Positions 13,925 to 27,445 are shown, counted from the first letter of the stretch. The stretch: 64,000 nt of DNA from Octopus sinensis (GCF_006345805.1 NC_043008.1:77066001-77130000); one strand, 5' to 3'. Program-made: numbers and translations. Notes: generated by a model from the letters alone, not told the origin.

Positions 13925-15027
13925 CTAGCAGTATCACCCGGTGTTGCTTGGGTATGTTTCGACCATTTAGAATTGGAATTTTTGAAAAGTAAAAATTTTG
14001 CATTATGCAACTTGTTATTCTCTTCAAGTGAACATTTTTCCAGTTGAAATACACCGAAAAATGGTGACACAGCAATCAAAAATCGTAAAAAAATAGGGAT
14101 TTTCATAGAAAAAAAAACACCTTTTTGATGTAAATAATTTTTGGTGTTAACATGGTCCGATTTGAATTTTATCTTCTACAGAATAAAGAGCAAGCCTTCT
14201 ATCATATTCTCAATTTTGGTTAACTTGCACGGCAGGGTCTCAAAGGAGATAGTATTAGTTGGAGGCTGCCAAACCTGCCACACACAGACCACTTCAGCTT
14301 TATATATATAGATTTGGTACACACTACTTTCCATCCTTAATAATGAAACTTGGTAGATCCAAAAGTTAAACACACAGACAAACACACAGATACACACACA
14401 GACACACAAGTTGAGTTTTATATATATAGATTTCTCCACAGGGATTTCAGGGGACAGTTTCAGGGAGTCGCTGGCGATGTATCGTGATGATCAAAAATCC
14501 GGCCAGCTAAAATTTGGTTAAAGTGATTCAAACTGCAGACTCAACGCAAAATGGTCGCATTTAATTCAAAGCGTTAAAAATGTTATGAAAACAATTGGTA
14601 TGTGTTCACAAAGTCCAAACGATTAATACGAAAAAAAAACCCCAGGCTACATCCCGAAAATTCATTTCTTTGCCAAATTTCTACAATGTTTACGGCGATT
14701 CGTTTTTACATCTTGATTATTTTTTTTTAATGAATTTATGCATGTTTGCACGCGTGGTGAACACACTTCACGTCAAACAGCTGAGTAAAGTTCATTATTC
14801 AATGCATGGGATAAGGCCTAAACAAACACATTATCGATTTTTTGCACTTGCGAGATGAATTTCGGAAGAGAAATAGCGCAGTTCAATTTTCATTCGCCTA
14901 AACTTTAAGTGACCCATTTTTGCTGGTTCTACGATTTGTTGGCTAGGAGATGTGCCGGGAAGTTAAACACACAGACACACACACAGATACACACACAGAC
15001 ACACAAGTTGAGTTTTATGTATATAGA
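13925..15027 (-). mobile_element. Stacked non-autonomous Helitrons
   Basis: CTAG plus hairpin at 13925-13953; repeated 5' TC ends at 14312, 14430 and 15027, the last two within duplicated blocks. Confidence 0.6.
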
Positions 15028-15055
15028 TATATGTACGTATGTATATTTATATGTA

Positions 15056-15152
<97 letters not shown>

Positions 15153-15323
15153 GCATACATATAAATATGATTCACCGATGCTGGCTTGGCTGTGTGCTAA
15201 GAAGCTTGCTTCCCAACCACATGGTTCCGGGTTCATTTCCATTGCGTGTCACCTTGAACAAGTGTCTTCTACTAAAACCTTCGGCCGACCAAAGCCATGT
15301 CAGTGGATTTGGTTGACAGTGGA

Positions 15324-16239
15324 TAGGTTTCGCCTATTAACGAATGAATCACTTACGTAATCCCCGTCCGTAGGGCTCGTCAGTACGATCGTTCCACAGG
15401 TAATATAATTTGTAAAACTAACCACCAGTTTTCCGTATAAAAAACAGACACGTGCTTAGTTTCACCGATTACATTGGGGTTAATTTCAAATGTCTGAGTT
15501 CTGACGCGCTAAGGTCTGCGATTAATTCTTGTTTTTTATATAATTTTCATCTGTCTTGCCCGCATATTGTATTGGTGTCCGCTGAATTTTTCTCTAGAGA
15601 ACATTCTTTTCTTTGTAGTTTAATCGCAGGTGATCTACTTCTAGCATATGGCTGACCACATAGTAGTTTTTTAGCCCTTTAAATATGTACACTTGTATTA
15701 GAATTTTCTCTGATTCTTCAGATTTTTGTATGCTAGGCTACTGGTTTTAAATTGATATTAATTAAATTAATATTTAATTTATCTCCCTCATTATTTAAAT
15801 GCTAAAATAAATATGTTCTCTAATAGGCAGCATTAACTGCAGTAAATTATTTACTGCAGATTTTGTTTCCGGAATTTTAGCGTGCCAGAACTCAGACATT
15901 TGAAATTAACCCCAAGGTAATCGGTGAAACTAAGCACGTGTCTGTTTTTATACGGAAAACTGGTGGTTAGTTTTACAAATTATATTACCTGTGGAACGAT
16001 CGTACTGACGAGCCCTACGGACGAGGGATTACGTAAGTGATTCATTCGTTAATAAGCGAAACCTAGGTCTGCGATTAATTATTGTTTTTTATATAATTTT
16101 CATCTGTCTTGCCCGCATATTGTTCTAGTGCCCGCTGAATTTTTCTCTAGAGAACATACTTTTTTTTGTAGTTTGATCGCAGGTGATCTACTTCTAGCAT
16201 ATGGCTGACCACATAGTGGTTTTTTAGCACTTTAAATAT
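15324..16239 (+). mobile_element. Non-autonomous Penelope-like / retrozyme-like element (inverted arm plus 553-bp tandem period)
   Basis: 15324-15512 is the reverse complement of 15877-16065; 15512-15686 is directly repeated at 16065-16239; contains an intact hammerhead. Confidence 0.8.
15999..16075 (+). ncRNA. Type I hammerhead ribozyme (minimal stem III, palindromic CUAG loop)
   Basis: AUCGUA-CUGACGA(16005-16011)-GC...GC-GAAA(16058-16061)-C-CUAG-G-UC|UGCGAU; predicted cleavage after C16069. Confidence 0.85.
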
Positions 16240-16250
16240 ATATATATACA

Positions 16251-16338
<88 letters not shown>

Positions 16339-17248
16339 CTTGAACTCAGCCTCTGATTGCGTCAGACAATTAAAATTATAGTAAATAGATAAATAAATAA
16401 ATAAATAAATAAATAAATGAACAAACAGACAAACTTCTTTGTTAATACAAAAGGAGGCCAGTTAGGAAAATGACCTCTAAACCTATAAAGATTAACTTCC
16501 ATTAAGCTTGTAATAACTGAGTTATATTAATGAGTGCAAAGGGGTGAAATGACAGAAAGAAGGCTGGTTGTGAAAAAATAAGGGCATTTGCAACATACTG
16601 AAAAATAGAGGTGTAAGAAGATTAAAGGGTGCTACAATCATGTGAAAGTCGCTTAATGGTTTAATCACACCATAAACAGGAACAAAATGATGTCATGGGT
16701 GCAACAGTTGCTGTATTATCCGCTGCAGTTACTGTGAAAGGGATGACAGATTCGTTGAGTTTCTAGGTTAAGTATAATCAATTATGGTGTAGTTAATTAA
16801 TGGTTAAGTATTGTCACATTAAGTATAATTATAGGTTGAGTATTGACTTATTAATGTCATGGTTGGCACAACCGTAAGAGAATCCAGCTTTCAGACGATG
16901 CAGTGATAAGTCATTTCAAATCACTAGTGTGAGCAAGTTGAAGACACTTAAGCGTCGATGTATCAGTCCCCTGATGCATAAATAGATACCATAGGGAAGT
17001 AAAGTTGGCTATGATTAACTGTAATAGAGATGCCGCTGTGAGTGAGTTGGATTGGTGTGAGATATATTAAAACACAATTCCGTAAAAGTTGAAATTAATC
17101 CAGTTTTGTACCTGGACCAAACTACACACTGTAAGGTAGCATACTGAATAGGGATTTTTTAAAACAAGCTATTTATATTTTCGCAGAAATAATATCTTCA
17201 ATATTGATTATTGTGTATTGGTTAAAACATAATTAAACATTTCCCCAA

Positions 17249-17278
17249 GAGCGACTAAAGGGGTCGCTCGTGAACTAG
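17249..17278 (+). mobile_element. Helitron 3' terminus
   Basis: Hairpin GAGCGAC/GTCGCTC followed by CTAG|T. Confidence 0.55.
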
Positions 17279-19609
17279 TTATCACAATAATATGGATGTG
17301 ATTTAGTTCAGAGAAACCAAATGTGACATTTTGAGTGCTGCCATTTAAGCAAGTCTCGAGCCGTATCTTTGCTTTGTTTTCCTAGAAATTAAGGTCAATT
17401 ATGTATAAATTTGATTTATTTGTCCTTCATAATCTAACAAAAATAAAATATCCTATTCAATGAAGTTTGACCTCTTCTTAAAACAGGGTTGGTTCATTGT
17501 AGAAATTCTCGTTGAGATAGAACATGTTAGAAACTAAATAAAATGTTAATTGTTCAAAATTCCAAATAATTTCCAAAGAATTTTGTTGTATGTAAAAATG
17601 TAAGAATTGGCTAAACTATAAACATTGTTTCCTTTAAATATTCTAAAACCCTCATTATTGGGTCACTCTCTAAAGACTTGGTCTTCCTACAATTTATTAA
17701 TGTCAAATCAACTTCACAGATTCTCCTGAATTTCATCTATATATTCTCATTTATTCTTGGCATCAGTAAAAGTAGAGGAAAGACGAAAGGACAAGTCTCG
17801 GTATCCTCCGAAACTGCGAGATAGATGCTCTCTTCAGATCACAGAATTGGCCTGACTCTGAAAAAGAGAGTGGGTCCCACAAAATGCACACAGAGACTAG
17901 GTGGCAATGTTAAGTATACCGGTCCCTCTGACGGAATTGCGTGCAGTTTCCACCCATCTATTCTCAAGGCGTTGATTTATCCCTGAGGTTATGACAGAAG
18001 ACATTTGCCCAATGTGGGATTTGAACAGGAAACCAAGTAGCTGAAAATTTTTTGGCCCAAGTGCTATCCCTTCGACCATGTAGTTACGAGCTTTACCTCA
18101 CAGCCCTGTCTTCTTCCACTGTTACTGATGCCAATAACAAATGAGAATGTATCGATGAAATACAGGAATGAACCCAGGTCTTTGATTGTTCTCGACAAGA
18201 GCAAAATCTCTGTTGCTACAGCGTTTTAAAACATTATTTAATTAGTAACAAGGTCACTATACAGTTTCAAAACGTTACTTAGTCACAAGGTTGCAATACA
18301 TAGGGGCACTGAATACAGTTGGCTGAATTAGCGATGGGAGAATACGATATTTGATCTACCTTGAATGTAGATTAGGGTATCTTATATCTACCCCTGAGAT
18401 AGAAAATATTACTTAAGACGGAATTAATATCATGTTCACCTGGGTTAACCTAATCTTGTCAGTATTTGGTGGTATACTTACCTGTATTTAGATGGGTGCT
18501 CTACTAAGCTAACCACCACACTATCTTCCAGTTATTGATTCCTGACCTCTTGATAACAAAGATAATAAGGAAGCGATATAGACGATTGAATCGATTCCAA
18601 TATAATGATTTCTAGCATAGAAAGAAGGACATAAATTTCGAGGAAGGGAAAGTCGATTTCATCTGTCATTATATATAACCGGTACTTATTTTATTGACCA
18701 TCGCTAGCATGGAAAACAAGGTCATCCACATTGCCTTCAAATTTTTAAAATATCATTTCCCTGTCTGAATTCGAAACTATTACTATAAACTTCGTTCAGC
18801 AGTATATAATCACCGAGTCTATCATTTCATTGGAGTTGGTACATTATTGTGGACTTCCCTTATTGTTAAAAAGTAGAGTGACAGAACACTAGTACAATCA
18901 CATAGACATAGATATGCTTCAAGCAAAAACACTGGTAAATTTATTTGGTTACAGTGGACACGGTAATAAACAGACTTTTACCGCAAACTCTGGCACAACA
19001 TTTAACAGAGTTACAGTTGACATATTGTGATAGTCGTACATGTATCACAAACTGTAGAAATATTGTAATAAACACACTTGTTATAATATTGTATTTTGTA
19101 ACTCAAATATTGATGGATTTCAAAGTTGTCTTTATATTTAATTTTCACATACGTTTATTGTGATTCTTCATAGTAACGTCTAACTATTTAATTATGAAAC
19201 AATTAACGATATTTAAATAGTTTTTTTTTTGTTTTTTCATTTATCGCATGTACAGTTTTATGCTAGGCATTTGCGCAATGCCTTTATTGTCAAATGGAAC
19301 ACATATTCATTTAAGTATCTCTCTCGTTGTTGATTAGTCTCAACCAACCAAGACGAGAGTTAGCGATTTGTCTCCACAACGGCCAATAACTATCGCCAAA
19401 ATATCGCTTGTTCGCTTGGTATAACCCACTTGGATATTTGACAATGTAAAATATTGCAATGATGATGATGATTGTAGTGGAAATGGTAGTAATAGTAATG
19501 GCGAAAGTAGTGTTATGGTGGTCGTGGAGGAGGTTATGAGGATATTGATGGTGTAATGTTTGATTATATAAGGGTCATAATCATCCGCCCTCTTATAGCA
19601 ACAGCAATA

Positions 19610-19610
19610 T

Positions 19611-19642
<32 letters not shown>

Positions 19643-19711
19643 ACAACAACAACAACAATAACAACAACAACAACAGCAGCAGCAACAACAACAACAGCAA
19701 CAACAACAACC

Positions 19712-19743
<32 letters not shown>

Positions 19744-19792
19744 AATAATAATAATAATAATAATAACAACAATAATAATAATAATAATAATT
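19610..19792. repeat. Compound trinucleotide microsatellite (CTA)n(CAA)n(TAA)n
   Basis: Read directly from the sequence. Confidence 0.95.
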
Positions 19793-22380
19793 CTTTCTTT
19801 ATTGGTCACAAGGGCCGCACATGAAATCAAAAGACGATACGACACAAAGGATAGTCGGGTATTTACATATAGTGCGTGTAAAGAATTAAAAAACAATGAC
19901 AACGAACAATAAAAATTCGAACAATAAAATTCCCCAAAAGGGGAGGACGCTCAACCCAGGGGCAACCATGGAACACCACACATCCTGGACATACCGAATG
20001 CCAAGGATACCTCGGACGGATACTCCTCTCCGCAGACGCATGTTCAGTGTACGCCCATTCACACGGGCCAGCCTTGTTGCATTCACTACCCTTTCAACAA
20101 AAATACTAAGGGGAAGCACTTCCCTCTCCACCCTCACTTCCCATTTCAAGTGAAACTTTAAAAAATCGATGAGGGCTTGGTCGAAGAGGAAAGTATCTGT
20201 CTTCAGTACTTTCAACCACATCCACCACACTAACTCTTCCGCCATAGCCACCAGACAAGAAAACTGTCTGCATATCTTCGATCAGCTAATCGACGACAAG
20301 CGTCAACCACTTGGCTAACACCTTGGCCAAAATCTTATAATATTCATTCAGCAAAGTTATAGGCCTAAAATTGTCTATTCCCCCCCTCTTGTTCCGATCC
20401 TTTCTCAGCAGCACTACCACGCTACGTTCTGCTGCCAGTTACAGTAGACATCCGCCAAAAGATCGCCGAATAAGTTTGGCATATGAAAATAAAGTTTGAA
20501 AGGCTGACCATCCAGCCGCGAGGACTTTTCCTTTGTGCAGTTGGTCATTGCGCCCCATATGTCATTTGATATTATCGGCATTTCGTAGAATTCCGCATAC
20601 CTGTTAGAAAGGCGCTGCATATCACCGAGTTAGGAGGTCAAATCCTCCCACATCTCCGACTCACCGTGTGCTCCGTACAGTTCAACAAAGAACCAGTCTT
20701 GTCGCCAGCATGTCGGTTGCTATGCCACTTTTTAGCGCCTTTTCTAACTTCCTAACTAGATCTCTCTCTATCCTAGATTTCTCTAACATTATTTCTTTAC
20801 TAAATCCAACTACCTCTACTCTAATAGTAGGGCTATCCATCTTTGGGTGTTGGCAATTGCACCCGACAACTTCCGATGGACTAACTTGCTAACTCGGTCT
20901 CTAAAAGCTTTGGGTGCCGAGAAAGACGCATTCAACTTCCAGTATTCGGGGCCGTACCTGTGTATCCTATCTAGGTCGACACAAATTTGTGACCTGTGTA
21001 GCCGACGACTTTTAGTTGTGGACAATTTAGGTACAGACCTACAAATGACTCTATCTAGATACAATCTGGAAGACCCGGTTCTGTTTTCTCATATCCACAT
21101 TAGTGCATTCGAGAAATCCAATCGGTACCTGTCAGCCAGTTGAAAGCGGCTGAGCAGGTTTGTGAGGCTTTTTTTTACATCCCCTCTCCTATCGGCTACC
21201 TCCACCCTATCCAGGCGTACATCCAAGATAGCTTCCAATTGCCCACTAGGATCAAAAGAGAGAACTCTCCCAAGGAAAACCTTCACATGTCTGAAGAAAT
21301 CTGGCTGCTCCGCCCCAGTTGGGGCGTACACAGCGACTAGTCTAAATGCACCATCTTCGCTATTGCTCACATCCGGGACCACCAACTTATCACCCGAGTC
21401 CAGGCTTTTCCTAAACAGCACTTCCACTCCACTTCCCATTCCAGGCCGACTAAGAGAAGCGTAGATCACAAAGTCATAGAAAATAGGGGCTAGATCGTGT
21501 GTGTCAGAAATCCTGGTCTCGCTGACTGCCGTCGCATCCATAGCTAGTGACCTGAGGGCTACTTATTTACCAGAATCCGTATCCTGTTGGGGTTCCTTTT
21601 GGAACACTCTTGAAAGCATACTTGTGGATTTTACAACGTTTGGGAAGTTTTCCCTATGTTTCCAGCGACATACTCAACATCATTGGTGCTTCCGGCACTT
21701 GAACGATGCTGGTGTCGAAGATTTCACCCTCCTTCTCGATGGATTTCCTTCGTGGTATGAGGGCCATCAGTTCTTTGTTACTGTTGTTGCTGGGGCTGGT
21801 ACCCCTTGTGTTGTTTGCAAATTCTTTAGTTGTTGCGGCGTTTTGGTCCTATGGTTCCCTCACTTCTTTGATCGGCTAATCTCCTCACACAGGTGGCACC
21901 GTGATCAACACTCAACTGTAACATGCATCTGTTCCTCTCGTGGAAGGCAAATGAGGTTTGGGATCTTGTGGATTGTGCCTGGTTTGATGTGGAGTAGCAC
22001 GTCCACACTAATCCCAGGCCAATTTTCTGACAGGTTTGCCTCACCTCCAGGAGGTTGTTATTCCTGAGACTCGTTGTCCTCATTCTAGATGGCTAGAGAA
22101 ATAATTTTCGATCTGACAGGGAAATAAGGAGTCTTTTGACGGTTAGACATTCAATCTTGAAGAACGCTGAAATACCTGAAAATTGCTTGGCTCACGAGAA
22201 CTGAATGTCAGGCATAATATTTCTAACGCTCTCATCACGTCTGGCTGACCAGCTGTCTGCGACCGTTTTGTGTTAGTGGAAACCCATTTGTATATTACTG
22301 TTTTTTGTTCGTTTTTGCTCATAGCTCGGGCGGTGTCTGTGCTACCCCATGATTTTTCAAGCTTGATCAGCTTGGGCCAG
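19793..22380 (-). mobile_element. Degenerate, internally deleted Tx1/L1-clade LINE
   Basis: APE motifs (AVSETR, LVAVYAP, YLDRV, YWKLNAS) and RT start NFRPITLLNEYYKILAKVLAKWL (~20300-20372); 3' end runs into the (ATT)n tract. 5' limit approximate. Confidence 0.8.
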
Positions 22381-23013
22381 ACATATGTCTTTTAGTAGGG
22401 TATCTATTCTATGTATTTCACTGTCTTAGGTAGCCGTTGCAGCAAATATATTGTTGTTAATGTTGTTGATGTTGTTATTGCTATTCCTGTTGGAAATACT
22501 GTTGCTGCTTATGTTGCTAAGACTACTGTTGTTTTTGCTTTTTTCTTTTATCTTGCTGTTGCAGTGGTGGTGTTGATGGCGTTGGTGATAGTCGTGTTCA
22601 TGGTCGCATTGTTGCCGCTGCTGGTTGATGTCTGTGGTATTGTCACTTTTATGAAGGGGAGTGGGGGAAGTCAACTTTTTAGTGGAATTAAATTTCTGTT
22701 CTGTGTTGTCATTGTTGCTGTTGCTGTTAGGCGTCGTAGTGGTCCACTAGATTTGATAAGTGTTCACTTCCCCTCTACCCTTCTATTTTAACTATTTTTT
22801 TCCGAAGCAAAATGAAAACCAGACCTTTGCAATACTGGTTGTTTCATCCTTTCATTCTTTTGGTTTCGGTAAAATAAGTTGAACACTGGGGTCAATGTAA
22901 TCGACTCAACCCATCCTCTATAATTTCAGGCCTTATACCGATAGAAGAAGGAACTATCATGGTTGTTGTTGTTGTTGTGGTGGTGGTGGTGGTGGTGGTG
23001 GTGTTTTTCATTA

Positions 23014-23400
23014 CAGAATCGTCAGCAAGCCGGGTGAAATGCTTAGCAGTATTTCGTCTGCCGCTACGTTCTGAGTTCAAATTCCGCCGAGGTCGACTTT
23101 GCCTTTCATCTTTTCGGGGTCGATTAAATAAGTACCAGTTACGCACTGGGGTCGATATAATCGACTTAATCTGTTTGTCTGTCCTTGTTTGTCCTCTCTG
23201 TGTTTAGCCCCTTGTGGGTAGTATAGAAATAGGTATTTCGTCCGACTTTACGTTCTGAGTTCAATTCCGCCGAGGTCGACTTTACCTTCCATCCTTTCGG
23301 GGTCGATAAAGGAAGTACAAGTTGCGTACTGGGGTGAATCTAATCGACTGGACTCCTCCCGAAAAATTTCAAGCCTTGTGCCTAGAGTCGAAAAGGTTAT
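23014..23400 (+). mobile_element. Meta/MESC-like SINE copy (dimeric)
   Basis: Matches the 94-390 family. Confidence 0.8.
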
Positions 23401-23455
23401 TGAAAGGCAACTAAGGCGGTGAGCTGGCATATTCGTTAGCACACTGAACGTAATG

Positions 23456-24043
23456 GGCAAGACTTCCACCCGTCACCCCCTCCCCTCACACACACAAAAA
23501 CACCCTTAAAATTTTAATTTTCTTTCGACACAAACCTCCTGCAACAAAATTGGCAAAAATCGGCATTTTTAAATTACCACCCCCACCCTCATTTTTTACT
23601 TTTTTCAGAATTTTCTTTTTTCAAAATATGCAGAAAAATACGGAGATTATGATTCTGAAAAAAAATTCCAACAATTTTTGTAAAATTTTTTGTAAGAACT
23701 TTTTTTTTTCTAAATATGCGCAAAAATACGGACATTATGATTCGGACAAAAATTTCAAAACATTTCTGTACTTACGGTTAGGGTTAGGGTTTTAGGGTTA
23801 CGGTTATGGTTAGAGTTTTAGGGTTAGGGTTAGGGTTTTAGGGTTAGGGTTAAGGTTTTAGTGTTAGTGCTGGGGAAAAGTCAAAATCGAAGAATGGGGG
23901 AGGGGGGGAAATTTCACAATGCCGATTTTTGGCAACTTTCCGGAACCTCCGTATCCGAAAATGGGGATTTTTGGCCAAAAATTTTTTTTAAATAAACAAA
24001 TTTGGGAGAAAATGTGGGTGGGGGGACGGGTGGAAGTCTTTCC
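23456..24043. mobile_element. GG-ended MITE (Merlin-like) with internal TTAGGG-like repeats, inserted in a SINE
   Basis: 19-bp TIR GGCAAGACTTCCACCCGTC (18/19 match), 8-bp TSD ACGTAATG/ACGAAATG; the SINE resumes at 24044. Confidence 0.85.
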
Positions 24044-24791
24044 ACGAAATGCTTAGTGGTGTTTCGCCCGTCTGAGTTTTGAGATCAAATTCTACGTTCT
24101 GACTTCAATTTCTATCGAGATCGACTTTGCCTTTCATCCTTTCGGGGTCGATTAAATAAGTACCAGTTATGCACTGGGGTCGATGTAATCGACTTAATCC
24201 CTTTCCCCAAATCTGACACCTTGTGTTTCCAGTAGAAAGGATTATTACAATGCATCTCGATTATATATATGATATAATAAAAGCCAATGTAAAAAAAATT
24301 AACTTCTTTGCCGAGGCTTAAAGCTTCTTTCTGTCAAAACTTTGGTCGTATCTGTAATAGAGTCCGGTATTGAGGTCGTCAAGGTTGATGTGGTGGCCCA
24401 CAGTATAAGAAAAATGATTACTGTACACAGAGGAAGCAAGAGGGCTGATAAGCGTGACCGGATGTGTTGAAATGAGAGGCGGGTCATTAATTAGTGGCAG
24501 GTAATTTGCAATGAATCTTTTTTACAATTTCGTTCAGCAGAAGTGGATCTAGAAAAAAGTGGGGAGGCGGGAAGGGTTTAAAGATAAAAGAGAATTGTTA
24601 GAAAATCATTCCATGGCCAATTTGAGCGACAAATATCTAAGTTAAAGACTGAGATGTCTTACGATTGGCATTCTTGGAAATGGCAATATAGTGGTAATTT
24701 AAAGAGGGGAGCTGGAGCTTAATGAACAGAAACCATGATCAATATCTGGATTGACTAAATACACACACACACTCACACACATATATATATA

Positions 24792-25088
24792 TCACCGTGA
24801 TGGCCGTGACCGACCAGGCTATCAGATGTTACTAAACATCGCTGGTCACAATGCGCTTCGCATTGTTTTAGCCTTTAAATGACGCCACCCCGGTGCCTAA
24901 GCGAGCAGGCCAACAGAAGAAAGAGTGAGAGAAAGTTGTGGCGGAAGAGTACAGAAGGGATCGCCACCACCCCCTGCCGGAGCCGCGTGTTTTCGCTCAA
25001 TAAACACTCACAACGCCCGGTCTGGGAATCGAAACCGCGATCCTACAACCGCGAGTCCGCTGCCCTAACCACTGGGCCATTGCGCCTC

Positions 25089-25089
<1 letters not shown>
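24792..25089 (-). mobile_element. tRNA-derived SINE (third family)
   Basis: Matches 7112-7273. Confidence 0.8.
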
Positions 25090-25151
<62 letters not shown>

Positions 25152-25600
25152 CCCTTGGTTTGTGTCTATGTTTTCGTTTCTCTATGTGTTCGACGTCCTT
25201 TTGGTGTCCTGTACTCATATATGCGTGTATATGTACATGTAGAGGTAGGTACGTACATATATGTTTATATATATGCATATGTTTTATTTCTTTTATTAAT
25301 ATATATATATATATATATAGTAATAATATAGGGTGAAATTAATTAATTTGGAATAATCATTAATTTCACCAAGTAGATTTCGGCATGTAAAAGCCCCATT
25401 CGAGGAAAGTTTAAGTAATACTAAGTAATTAAGGGTTTAGCAACGATTTGCCTCACCACACGCCGAGTTTAGAAATAGCAGTCAAAGAGTTATAGCTATT
25501 CTTTCTACTAAAAGGGAGATCTCAGTAAAACCACAGCACTTAGAAGGCAAACGCAGGCAAGAGAGAAAGAAATGACGACAATCACACAATATTAAGTCAC

Positions 25601-25689
25601 CTACGGACGTACGTTTCGAAATTAAGTTTTAGGAAAGCATAAGAATTAGATAATTATGTCTTACCCAACTTCTTTTCTCATCAGCGCAG
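25601..25689 (-). ncRNA. Type I hammerhead ribozyme (inverted twin)
   Basis: Reverse complement of 25697-25785. Confidence 0.8.
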
Positions 25690-25696
25690 GACGTGT

Positions 25697-25785
25697 CTGC
25701 GCTGATGAGAAAAAAGGTTGGGTAAGACATAATTATCTAATTCTTATGCTTTCCTAAAACTTAATTTCGAAACGTACGTCCGTAG
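25697..25785 (+). ncRNA. Type I hammerhead ribozyme
   Basis: CUGCG-CUGAUGA-GAAA...UUUC-GAAA-C-GUAC-G-UC|CGUAG; cleavage after C25780. Confidence 0.85.
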
Positions 25786-25963
25786 GTGACTTAATATTGT
25801 GTGATTGTCGTCATTTCTTTCTCTCTTGCCTGCGTTTGCCTTCTAAGTGCTGTGGTTTTACTGAGATCTCCCTTTTAGTAGAAAGAATAGCTATAACTCT
25901 GTGACTGCTATTTCTAAACTCGGCGTGTGGTGAGGCAAATCGTTGCTAAACCTTAATTACTTA

Positions 25964-26010
<47 letters not shown>

Positions 26011-26038
26011 CATATATACATATATACATATAATATAT

Positions 26039-26137
<99 letters not shown>

Positions 26138-26439
26138 TATCGTGTCTGGGGAGAGTCATTCTCTTTTAGTGCCTTATTAAATAACACAGTCACTGGTGAA
26201 GTTTCCACTCATTTATTTTTCTAAAATTTTCGTTGTGCCTTGCAACCTTTGACTCTGTCCGTGAGTGTGTTGAATAATAAGGCACTAAAAGAGAATGACT
26301 CTCCCGATACAACAGAATATGCTTCAACACACGAACTCACATAAGGAATCCTGCAAACCAAATCCCAAAACGAAATATATATAAATATAAATCATTTTAA
26401 AGCTGTTGGCTGAAGATATATCTCATATAGCAGTTATTA

Positions 26440-26815
26440 TTTAAAGGTATATATCATATAGAAGTCGGTAACTAAAGGTATATAGCATATAGAAGTCAGT
26501 GACTAAAGATATATACCATACAGAAGTCGGTGACTAAAGATATATATGATATAGATGTCGGTGACTAAAGATATACATAATATAGAATTCGGTGGCTAAA
26601 GATGTATATGATATAGAAGTCGATGACTAAAGATATACACCATTTAGAAGTCAGTGACTAAAGACATATATATCATATAGAAGTCGGTAACTAAAGATAT
26701 ATAGATATGTCAGTGGCTATATCTATAGAAGCCGGTGACTAAAGATATATATCAACTTGATTCAAGATCCTTGAAGATGGTAACTAAAAGTATATATGGA
26801 AGTCGGTAACTAAAG
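26440..26815. repeat. ~30-bp minisatellite (ATATAGAAGTCGGTGACTAAAGATATATATC), about 10 diverged copies
   Basis: Read directly; no unique spacers. Confidence 0.9.
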
Positions 26816-27445
26816 GGGAAAAGATAAGTCGATATCATCGATCCATATATTTGATTGGCATTTTATTTTATCAACACCCAAAAGGATTAAAGACTAATTT
26901 AACCAACGTAAACAGCCACAACAATTGCATTTTAAATAAGTACAAGGTGAGTAATTTTGTAGGGAGGAGGTTTAGTCGATGTCATTGACCGCAATATTTC
27001 GCTGATTACCTATTCTATGGAATGAAAGGCAAAGTTAACCTCGGTAAGATTTGAACTCAGGAAGTAATGAGCCTAAACAAATATCGCAAAATATTATATT
27101 CGCTGTTCCAATAATTCGACCAGTCCACCACCTTATGTTTCTAATTTAGGCACATGACTAATTTTAAGGGGAAGGTAAGTCGTTCACATCGACCCCCGAA
27201 GAGTGAAAAGCAAAGATGACCTACAATGGGATTTGAACTCAGAGCACGAAGGGACATAAATAAATACAAGATTTTTTTGTTCGTATCTCTGCTGGAGGTA
27301 AACAATCCACCACCTTTGGTAAATGTAATATTTCTTAGTATCGTCATCATTTATGTCCCAACCCTAACACTGGTGAAAATCGGTGAAGGTTAACTTATCA
27401 AAGTATTACGTCAGAGATAGCACAATGTTGATAAAGCATTTCTTG

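Larger units (their letters stand above)
25418..25967. mobile_element. Near-perfect ~550-bp palindrome: inverted Penelope-like pLTRs
   Basis: ~270-bp arms around a 7-nt loop (25690-25696); each arm carries a hammerhead; flanked by (TA)n. Confidence 0.85.

Noticed and set aside
17725-18168. Inverted repeat (17725-17785 vs 18107-18168) as a hammerhead pair
   Set aside because: The inverted repeat is real, but the core reads CTGATGCC rather than CTGATGA and no stem III forms; probably an old MITE or pLTR.
23776-23862. True telomere or chromosome fusion site
   Set aside because: Short, degenerate and enclosed by TIRs and a TSD.
26440-26815. CRISPR-like periodicity
   Set aside because: No unique spacers, no cas genes, eukaryotic context.
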